A stretch of DNA of 64,000 bases from Eledone cirrhosa (Eukaryota): NCBI GenBank assembly GCA_964016885.1, contig OZ024749.1, forward strand, positions 558,001 to 622,000. The letters are read 5' to 3'. The notes under the pieces were generated by a model. That model did not search any database and had not been told where the DNA came from. It worked only from the letters and a program-made list of their open reading frames with translations. Of the stretch, positions 1 to 10,600 are shown one piece after another. Made by a program: the position numbers and the translations under genes. Numbering within the stretch: position 1 is the stretch's first letter; each line of letters starts with the position of its first letter.

Positions 1-2410
1 CCAGAAATAGCGAGTTGGCGATTTTGATTAATTTTGGTAGGGTTTTATCTTATATGTATAGAGAGGGAGGGGGGGGAGGCAGGAACCAGCATGATGAATG
101 GGTAGGGGGTTGAATATGGGATGGAGCAGAGGTTAAAAGTTTAAATAGGTACTCGAAGATTTGCGTAAAACTTAGCAAGTTTAACAAATTATATTTAAAG
201 GAATATATAATGGTGAAATTAGGACATAGAAGTGATTGAATGAATGGGTTCGGATGGAGAGAAGGATCGAGAAAGAAATTGGGCATAATTTAACAATAAA
301 CGAAAATACAAGATTTGTTTTGTTTAAGAAATTACGATAGAGAAAATGCGGTGGTAGGGGAAGTATGATTTTTAGAGAAAAGATATGATATATAGATATG
401 ATATATAATGGTGAAAATATGATATAGTGTGAAATTAGGACATAGAAGTGATTGAATGAATGGGTTCGGATGGAGAGAAGGATCGAGAAAGAAATTGGGC
501 ATAATTTAACAATAAACGAAAATACAAGATTTGTTTTGTTTAAGAAATTACGATAGAGAAAATGCGGTGGTAGGGGAAGTATGATTTTTAGAGAAAAGAT
601 ATGATATATAATGGTGAAAATATGATATAGTGTGAAATTAGGACATAGAAGTGATTGAATGAATGGGTTCGGATGGAGAGAAGGATCGAGAAAGAAATTG
701 GGCATAATTTAACAATAAACGAAAATACAAGATTTGTTTTGTTTAAGAAATTACGATAGAGAAAATGCGGTGGTAGGGGAAGTATGATTTTTAGAGAAAA
801 GATATGATATATAATGGTGAAAATATGATATAGTGTGAAATTAGGACATAGAAGTGATTGAATGAATGGGTTCGGATGGAGAGAAGGATCGAGAAAGAAA
901 TTGGGCATAATTTAACAATAAACGAAAATACAAGATTTGTTTTGTTTAAGAAATTACGATAGAGAAAATGCGGTGGTAGGGGAAGTATGATTTTTAGAGA
1001 AAAGATATGATATATAATGGTGAAAATATGATATAGTGTGAAATTAGGACATAGAAGTGATTGAATGAATGGGTTCGGATGGAGAGAAGGATCGAGAAAA
1101 ATTTGAACGTTACTTTATACCGAAGGGAACAGCCATCCCAGAAATAGCGAGTTGGCGATTTTGATTAATTTTGGTAGGGTTTTATCTTATATGTATAGAG
1201 AGGGAGGGGGGGGGAGGCAGGAACCAGCATGATGAATGGGTAGGGGGTTGAATATGGGATGGAGCAGAGGTTAAAAGTTTAAATAGGTACTCGAAGATTT
1301 GCGTAAAACTTAGCAAGTTTAACAAATTATATTTAAAGGAATATATAATGGTGAAATTAGGACATAGAAGTGATTGAATGAATGGGTTCGGATGGAGAGA
1401 AGGATCGAGAAAGAAATTGGGCATAATTTAACAATAAACGAAAATACAAGATTTGTTTTGTTTAAGAAATTACGATAGAGAAAATGCGGTGGTAGGGGAA
1501 GTATGATTTTTAGAGAAAAGATATGATATATAGATATGATATATAATGGTGAAAATATGATATAGTGTGAAATTAGGACATAGAAGTGATTGAATGAATG
1601 GGTTCGGATGGAGAGAAGGATCGAGAAAGAAATTGGGCATAATTTAACAATAAACGAAAATACAAGATTTGTTTTGTTTAAGAAATTACGATAGAGAAAA
1701 TGCGGTGGTAGGGGAAGTATGATTTTTAGAGAAAAGATATGATATATAATGGTGAAAATATGATATAGTGTGAAATTAGGACATAGAAGTGATTGAATGA
1801 ATGGGTTCGGATGGAGAGAAGGATCGAGAAAGAAATTGGGCATAATTTAACAATAAACGAAAATACAAGATTTGTTTTGTTTAAGAAATTACGATAGAGA
1901 AAATGCGGTGGTAGGGGAAGTATGATTTTTAGAGAAAAGATATGATATATAATGGTGAAAATATGATATAGTGTGAAATTAGGACATAGAAGTGATTGAA
2001 TGAATGGGTTCGGATGGAGAGAAGGATCGAGAAAGAAATTGGGCATAATTTAACAATAAACGAAAATACAAGATTTGTTTTGTTTAAGAAATTACGATAG
2101 AGAAAATGCGGTGGTAGGGGAAGTATGATTTTTAGAGAAAAGATATGATATATAATGGTGAAAATATGATATAGTGTGAAATTAGGACATAGAAGTGATT
2201 GAATGAATGGGTTCGGATGGAGAGAAGGATCGAGAAAAATTTGAACGTTACTTTATACCGAAGGGAACAGCCATCCCAGAAATAGCGAGTTGGCGATTTT
2301 GATTAATTTTGGTAGGGTTTTATCTTATATGTATAGAGAGGGAGGGGGGGGGAGGCAGGAACCAGCATGATGAATGGGTAGGGGGTTGAATATGGGATGG
2401 AGCAGAGGTT
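1..2410. repeat. Hierarchical tandem repeat: 1138-bp unit (at least 2.1 copies) containing about four ~203-bp subunits
   Basis: Bases 1-1138 recur almost exactly at 1139-2276 and restart at 2277. The internal unit (gtgaaattaggacatagaagtg...atatgatatagt) recurs with ~203-bp period. The repeated ORFs are artefacts. Confidence 0.95.
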
Positions 2411-2438
2411 AATATATATATATATATGTATATATATG

Positions 2439-2473
<35 letters not shown>

Positions 2474-2578
2474 GTATGTATATATATATATGTATATATA
2501 TATATGTATATATATATATGTATATATATATATATGTATATATATATATGTATATATATATATGTATATATATATATG

Positions 2579-2609
<31 letters not shown>

Positions 2610-2647
2610 GTATATATATGTATATATATATATATATGTATATGTAT

Positions 2648-2714
<67 letters not shown>

Positions 2715-2755
2715 TACATATATATACATATATATATATGTATATATATACATAT
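2411..2755. repeat. (TA)n/(TATG)n microsatellite
   Basis: Low-complexity TA/TG run, directly visible. Confidence 0.98.
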
Positions 2756-5700
2756 CATCATCATCATCATCATTTTACGTCCGCTTTTCCCTGCTTGCAA
2801 GGGTGGGACGGGTCTTATTCAGCACAGCATCTCTCCACTCGTCACGGTCCCTCGTCATCTCCACCGTGAGCTTCAATGATCTGAGGTCTGTTCTCACCAC
2901 CTCCGCCCATGTTTTTCGTGGTCTACCTCTACCACGTCTTCCTTCAACTGGCATTTCCTGGCACTTCTTCACCCATCGGTCATCCTCCATGCGCATCACA
3001 TGTCCATACCACCTCAGTCTCCTCTCCCGTACACTACATTCTATCCCTCTCAGACACAGTTTCTCTCTCAACACATTTATGCTGGGTCGTCCACGCACAT
3101 TTACACTGCACATCCAACGGAGCATGCTTGCCTCATTTCTCTCCAGCCGTCGCATATCTTCTGCGGTAGCTGCCCATGTCTCACTACCATGCAGCATCGC
3201 GCTCCTCACACAGGCATCATACAACCGGCCTTTCGTACGCAGGGAGAAACCCTTCTTCGTCAACAGAGGAAGCAGCTCCCTAAACTTCTTCCAACCCGTC
3301 CTTATTCTAGATACTATGGCCTCGGAACACCCTCCTCCCATGCTAATCTGATCTCCTAGGTACCGGAAGCTATCCACCACTTCTATAGCGCCCTCTCGCA
3401 TTTGAAAAATGTGTCTATCAGTGCGACTTCTACTGTCTAATTTCCCTGTACATCTACTGCATACATATTTCTCCCTACCTGTTAGTTTGTCTGCTATCCC
3501 GCTACATCTCTTGTGTACCCAGGACCTACATTGTGTGCATTTTATAGAATTTATGCCAGTTCCTTTTCTGCATATCGAACATGACCATTTCCCTGACGGA
3601 ATCAGGGTTTTGTCCTCTTTTCTACTCATCAACACTTTTGTCTTAGCTAGATTTACTCTGTCCTCTTGCTTCCAACTGCTGTTTCCATAGCCGGAATTTA
3701 TTCTCTAGCTCCTCTACTGATTCTGCCATAAGAGCCAGATCGTCAGCATAGAGAAGTTCCCATGGACAGCCAGTCTTAAACTCCTCTGTTATGGCTTGGA
3801 GGACTATAATGAACAAGAGCGGGCTGAGGACCGAACCCTGATGTACTCCTACTTGTATCTGGAATTCCTCACTAAACTCCATTCCTACCCTGACTTTACT
3901 GAGAGTACCTCTGTACAAAGTTTGCACTGTCCTTACAAGCCATTCCTCAACACCCAGCTTCCTTAGGGACCACCAGATGACAGATCGGGGTACCCTATCA
4001 AAGGCCTTCTCTAGGTCAACAAAGGCTAAGTATAGTGGCTTATTCTTCTCTAAGAACCTCTCTTGCATTTGTCTCACCAAGAAGAGGGCATCTGTTGTAC
4101 TCTTCCCAGGCACAAAACCAAACTGCATCTCATCTAGTTTGACCCTTTCTCTAATTAGTTGTGCTAAAATCCTTTCTGCCACTTTCATAACCTGATCTAT
4201 CAGTTTTATACCCCTATAATTGCTCCTCTCCAAAGCATCCCCTTTACCTTTGTAGCAATTTATGAGAATACTGCTGCACCAGTCTTTGGGTATGACACCA
4301 CCATATATAGCCTGATTGATTATGCGTGCAACCAGTTTATTGCCTACGTCCCCTGATGCCTTCAGCATCTCAGCAACTATTCCCGATGGTCCGGCCGCCT
4401 TACCATTTTTCATTTCCCTAATCGCCTCTTGGACCCTATATTCATCAATCTCAATAGCTGGTCCCTCTGTCGGATCTACCAAGGGTAATTTCTCTCTCCC
4501 ATTCGTTCTCCACATTCATCAGTCTCTCATAATGACATTTCCAGGCCTCCTTTTTCTGGTCATTCGTGACACTAAGTACACCGGCATCATCCCGGACACA
4601 TTTATCACCAACAACATCCTGATTTGCATTGACACACTGCCTTGCAATGTGGAACACCGCACACCTCTGATCTTCCCGTCGCAGAACATTGGCAAACCTC
4701 CTACTCTCTGCCTCCCTGCGTGCTAAGTACACCTGACGTCTAGCTTCTCTCTTAGTGGCTGTATATTCTTCCCTACTCCCACCCTTATTCCAAGCCTTCC
4801 ATGCTAGTCTTTTGTCTCTAATAGCCTTATCTACACTGCTGTTCCACCACCAGGTCACTCTCTGTCTGGTTGGAGCTCTGCTCCAGCCACAGGTTTCATC
4901 AGTAGCCTTCAGCAAGTTGTCACGTAAGAACTTCCAGTTATTATCTATGTCATACGTCTCTAAATTGTCTTCTTTTTCGTCATATACATCTTGAAGGGCT
5001 TTCCTAAATTTGAATTTTAGTGAAAGGTCTTTTAGCTTCCAGACCTTTCTTCTCCACACCTTCCTATATGTCTCATTCCATCTCTTGCTTACTGAGATAT
5101 CACTAACAACCAACATATGCTGTGGGGTATATTCTTCCCCAGGGTATGCCTTGGTATTAGACACTATCTGCCTGTCCCGCTGCCTAACTAGCAGGAAGTC
5201 AATCTGGCTTATGTGCTCACCAGATTTGTAGGTTATTAGGTGATTGGTAGGTTTCTGGAAGTTTGTGTTGCAAATAGTCAATGTACTTGCATCACAAAAT
5301 TCAAGAAGTCTAACTCCTTCTTCATTTCTTGAACCGTAACCATAACCGTGCCCACCATGTACCCCAGTGTAACCATCCTGGAGCTGTCCAACATGACCAT
5401 TGAAGTCTCCTGCTAGCATAACGATGTCTCCGTCCTCTGTCATTGTGGTTGTTTGCAAAAGTTGCTCATAAAAGCAGTCTTTCTCATCTTTGCCTAGGCC
5501 TGCTTGGGGAGCATAGACCGAGATGATTGTCAGTAGCCTCCTACCTACAACTAATCTAAGCTTAATTATTCGATTACTAACTCGAACTACCTCTATTGTC
5601 TTATTGATCCATTTCTCAGCCAGGAAAATGCCTACTCCCCTAACCCACCATCCTTACCTACCCAGAATAGCTTATAGCTAAGACGCTTGCCTACGACTAG

Positions 5701-6010
5701 TCTCGCAGAGGCACCTCTCCATCTCACCTCTTGCACGCATCCACCTGCCTTCTCTCCAGCATCTCCGCTATTTCAGCAGATCTCCCTCCGAGAGTGCCAA
5801 CATTAAGTGTTGCAACTCTGAGATGCGACGTCTTCATATTTTTTTTTTCTATGCTGTTTTGTTGCTGTGCTGATAAGCTTTTTGGCATTGATACACTGGT
5901 TGGATGCCCTTCCTAACACCAGCGCCACTTTACAGCATGGACTGGGTGCTTTTATTTGTGCCACCAGCACTAGAGAGGATGTCTTACTAGACTCAAGGGC
6001 CCTCTCTACC
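2756..6010 (-). mobile_element. Near full-length RTE-clade LINE (family A), frameshifted: APE endonuclease, RT and internal PHD-type finger
   Basis: The ORF begins MKTSHLRVATLNVGTL near 5837. APE motifs AGDFNGHVG and SQIDFLLV; RT motifs [39 protein letters not shown]; C-terminal [10 protein letters not shown]; (GAT)n tail at 2756-2772. Split over ORFs 4451-5458, 3643-4515 and 2775-3635. Confidence 0.95.
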
Positions 6011-6299
6011 CCTCCATTTTACAGCATGGTCATTAAAAAAAACAAAAAAAAAAACTTATTGACACGACTCACACACCAATACTCATGCATACAAACCACA
6101 ACCACACATACCAACACTCATTCATGCATACAATCACACACACCACTCACAAACATATATATATATATACATATATTACCGACAGTACTGATACAAAATC
6201 AAAATCGTCAAAATCACTATCATGTCAACTGTTGACCTTTCCCAGTCCAGTTCGGCTTGTATATAATAACAATAACAATAATAATTGTTTGCTTTACGC

Positions 6300-6632
6300 T
6301 GGTAATGGCGGTGGTGGATGGTGTCAGTGTGGTGGTGGTGGATGGTATCAGCGTGGTGGTGGTGGATGGTCAGTGATGGTGGTGGCAGTTGTTGGTGCTG
6401 TAGTTGTTATTGTTGCTGTTGTTGTTGTTGTCCTTCATTTCACTGCTGCCGTTGCTGCAGACAATGGTGTTGATGCTGTTATTGCTGTCGCATATATACA
6501 AATACATACACACACACACATTCAACACAGACAATGGTGTTGATGCTGTCGCATATATACAAATACATACACACACACACATTCAACACAGACGATGGTG
6601 TTGCTGCTGTTGCTGTTGTTGTTGTTGTTGTT
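6300..6632. repeat. Mixed (GGT)n/(GTT)n/(GCT)n simple repeats with a ~57-bp duplication
   Basis: Visible trinucleotide runs; 'gctgtcgcatatatacaaatacatacacacacacacattcaacacagac' occurs twice. Confidence 0.85.
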
Positions 6633-6881
6633 GTGTAGGTGTCATGACAAAAAAAACACACACTCCACGCTGTAATGTGGCCGTGTAGGTAACACGGTAA
6701 AAACCTCCCAGTTCCACACTGTAAATGTGGTTGGTGTTAGGAAGGGCATCCAGCCGTAGAAAACCCGCCAGACAGTCCTATGCGAGCAAGACAATCACTC
6801 TTGCCTCAAGTGGGAAAACCCCCGTCCAAACCCATGCAAGCGTGGAATATGGACGTTAAACGATGATGATGATGATGATGA
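6633..6881 (+). mobile_element. Isolated 3' UTR/tail of RTE family B (SINE-like)
   Basis: Matches 42225-42478 and 49339-49585; ends ggacgttaaac(gat)n. Confidence 0.9.
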
Positions 6882-6907
6882 TACATATACATATTATATA
6901 TATATAT

Positions 6908-9625
6908 TATGGGTGGGAAATGATGATGGGTTAGGAGGAGTAGGTATTTTCCTGGCTGAGAGATGGATCAATAAGACAATAGAGGTATTAGAGTTAGTAA
7001 TCGAATAATTAAGCTTAGATTAGTTGTAGGCAAGAGACTACTGACAAACATCTCTGCCTATGCTCCCCAAGCAGGCCTAGGCAAAGAAGAGAAAGACGGT
7101 TTTTACGAGCAACTTTTACAAACAGCCGCAATGACAGAGGACGGAGACATCGTTATGCTAGCAAGGGATTTCAATGGTCATGTTGGACAGGTCCAGGATA
7201 TATATACTGGGGTACATGGTGGGCACGGTTACGGCTCAAGTAATGAAGGAGTGAGGCTTCTTGAATTTTGTGATGCAAGTGCACTAACCATTTGCAACAC
7301 TGACTTCCAGAAACCTACCAACCACCTAATAACCTACAAATCAGGCGAGCACATAAGACAGATTGACTTCTTATTAGTTAGGCAGCGAGACAGACAGATG
7401 GTGTCAAATACTAAGGCATACCCCAGGCAAGAATGTACCCCACAGCATAGGTTAGTTGTTAGTGATATCTCAGTAAGCAATAGATGGAATGAAACATACA
7501 GGAAGGTGTGGAAAAGAAAAGTCTGGAAGCTAAAAGACCTTTCACTAAAATACAAATTTAGGAAAGCGCTTCAAGATGTGTGACGAAAAAGAAGACGATT
7601 TAGAGTCGTATGACATAGATGATAACTGGAATTTCTTATGTGACAACTTACTGCAGAAGAAACTTGTGGTTGGGGCAGAGCTTCAACCAGACAGAGAGTG
7701 ACCTGGTGGTGGAACAGTACAGTAGATAAGGCCATTAGAGACAAAAGACTAGCATGGAAGGCTTGGAAAAAGGGTGGGAGTAGAGAAGGATACACAGCCG
7801 CTAAGAGAGAAGATAAACCTCATGTGTACTTAGCACACAGGGAGGCTGAGAGTAGGAGGTTTGCCAATGTTCTGCGACGGTAAGATCAGAGGCGTGCAGT
7901 GTTCCACATTGCAAGGCAGTGTGTCAATGCAAATCAGGATGTTGTTGGAGAAATGTGTCCGGAATGATGCCAGTGTACTTAGTGTCACGAATGATCAAAA
8001 GAAGGAGGCCTGGAAATGTCATTATGAGAACGAATGGGAGAGAGACAAATTACCCTCAGTAAATCTGATAGAGGGACCAACTATTGAGATTGATGAATAT
8101 AGGGTCCAACAGGCGATTAAGGAAATGAAAAATGGTAAGGCTACAGGACCGACGGGGATAGTTGCTGGTGCAGCAGTATTCTCATAAATTGCTACAAAGA
8201 TAAAGGGGATGCTCTGAAGAGGAGATATTATAGGGGTATAAAACTGATGGATTAGGTTATGAAAGGGTCAAACTAGATGAGTTGCAGTTTGGTTTTGTGC
8301 CTGAGAAAAGTACAACAGATGCCCTCTTCTTAGTGAGACAACTACAAGAGAGGTTCTTAGAGAAGAATAAGCCACTATACTTGGCTTTTGTTGACCTAGA
8401 GAAGGCCTTTGATAGGGTACCCCGATCTGTCATCTGGTGATCCCCAAGGAAACTAGGTGTTGAGGAATGACTTGTGAGGACAGTGCAAGCTTTGTACAGA
8501 GGTGCTGTCAGTAAAGTGAAGGTAGGAATGGAGTTAAGTGAGGAATTCAGATACAAATAGGAGTACATCAAGGTTCGACCCTCAGCCCGCTCTTGTTCAT
8601 TATAGCCCTCCAAACCATAAGAGGGGAGTTTAAGACTGGCTGTCCTTGGGAACTTCTCTATGCTGATGATCTGGTTCTTATAGCAGAATCAGTAGAGGAG
8701 CTAAAGATTAAATTAAATTCTGGCTATGGAAACAGCAGTTGGAATCATGAGGACTGAGAGTGAACCTAGCTAAGACAAAAGTGTTAAAAGAGGACAAAAC
8801 TGATTCCACCAGGGAAATGGTCATGTTCGATATGCAGAAAAGGAACTGGCATAAATTCTATAAAATGCACACAATGCAGATCCTGAGTACACAAGAGATG
8901 TAGTGGGATAGCAGGGAAACTAACAGGTAGTGTACAGGGAAATTTGACAGTAGAAGTCGCATTGATAGACACCATTTTTCAAATGCAGGTAGGATCTATA
9001 GAAGTGGTTGATAGCTTCCGGTACCTAGGAGATCAGATTAGCATGGGAGGGGGTGTTTCTAGGCCATAGTATCTAGAATAAGGACAGGTTGGAAGAAGTT
9101 TAGGGAGCTGCTTCCTCTGTTGACAAAGAAGGGTTTCTCCTTGCGTATGAAAGGCCGGTTATATGATGCCTGTGTTGTGTGAGGAGCGTGATGCTGCATG
9201 ATAGTGAGACTTGGGCAGCAACTGCAGAGGATATGTGACGGCTGGAGAGAAATGAAGCAAGCATGCTCTGTTGGATGTGCAATGTCAATGTGTGTGAACG
9301 ACCCAGCATGAATGTGTTGAGAGAGAAACTGTGTCTGAGAGGGATAGAATGTAGTGTACGGGAGAGGAGACTGAGGTGGTAAGTGATGCACATGGAGGAT
9401 GACCGATGGGTGAAGAACTGCCAGGAAATACCAGTTGAAGGAAGACGTGGTAGAGGTAGACCACGAAAAACATGGGCGGAGGTGGTGAGAACAAACCTCA
9501 GATCGCTGAAGCCCACGGTGGAGATGACGAAGGACCGTGACAAGTTGAGAGATGTTGTGCTGAATAAGACCCGTCCCACCCTTGCAAGCAGGCAAAAGCG
9601 GACTTAAGATGATGATGATGATGAT
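6908..9625 (+). mobile_element. Degenerate 5'-truncated RTE family A copy, inverted relative to 2756-6010
   Basis: Same APE and RT sequence (MTEDGDIVMLARDFNGHVG..., [15 protein letters not shown]) with many stops and frameshifts; (GAT)n tail at about 9608-9625. Confidence 0.93.
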
Positions 9626-9766
9626 ATTATATATATACATATGTACACACACAGACACATATATACACAGTTAACATTTTTTTTTTTTAAACTCACAAAC
9701 ACACACACATGGGCGAAAATCTTTTAAATCAGAAGTTAAATAAAAATTGTTTTTACATTGTGTTGT

Positions 9767-9772
9767 TTTATT
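9767..9772 (-). promoter_or_regulatory. Candidate polyadenylation signal (AATAAA) of the MGA-like gene
   Basis: AATAAA on the minus strand about 340 nt after the stop codon at 10110, followed by T/GT-rich sequence. Confidence 0.4.
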
Positions 9773-10109
9773 TCAGTGTATTTGTGATAGTTTTTTTCTT
9801 TTAATTAATCAACAGAATTTTGTTGAAATCCATGGATGAGAGTGAGTTGATGAAAGCTATATACATGTAGTCCTGCTGTTTTGAGATTTCTCTATCTGGT
9901 TCTCTCCTGCCCTCAAATGTCAGCCGTTTATGAATGAAGGAAATAATGTCAGTTTGTTGATGTTTATTTCTTGCCCTGTAGATATATGTTTGTTGTAGGT
10001 GGTGTACTTGTTACTCCGGTTCCCATAGTAACGCTATCTTGCAGAAGAGAAATTCAACAGTGTTTGCAGAGCTTCTATGACATAGAAAGACTATTATTAA
10101 AAAAACATT

Positions 10110-10600
10110 TTAGTCCAGTTGGATATATTCAGGACTATCATTGGTATTGTATGAAGTACTCAAGTTCTCATAGTTTTCTGGTGCTAGACTGTAAACGCTA
10201 CCAATCATGAGTGTGGATGAATCATCATTGACATCAGTAGATCTGTCATCAATGTCTCGTTGCTGAGCATCAGCTGACGTTCGTGACAATACATCTTCAT
10301 TGTTACTATTTGGTTGTTCGTTGCAGTCTGGTGTAGAGCAGAGGTGACACGGGAAAGTTAGAGCTTCATTGTGGGGAGGTGTTGAACACACATCAACTTC
10401 ACCTTCTTCATCAGAAGCAATGAGAAATTCCAGAGTTGGTGGATGATTTGATGGAACAAACTTAAGAGGTGATCCCATGTCTTCATAAATAGGAGTTGCC
10501 ACACTTATTACTGGAGGTTTGTACATGTCAAATGGTAAGCCAGCATCATCAAGAATTTTATTGATTTCAGATTCTCTGTAGTTGATTTTATATAATTTCT
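10110..10600 (-). CDS. MGA: MGA-like exon 12 (terminal; acidic tail with DEEGEVDVC motif)
   Basis: Acceptor ctttttaacag, phase 1; reads (E)[29 protein letters not shown]...EYIQLD*. Confidence 0.8.

Noticed and set aside
50-2046. Duplicated hydrophobic ORFs
   Set aside because: They arise from the tandem repeat, and I recognise no domain.
2303-2879. YI-rich ORFs
   Set aside because: Translation of the TA microsatellite.
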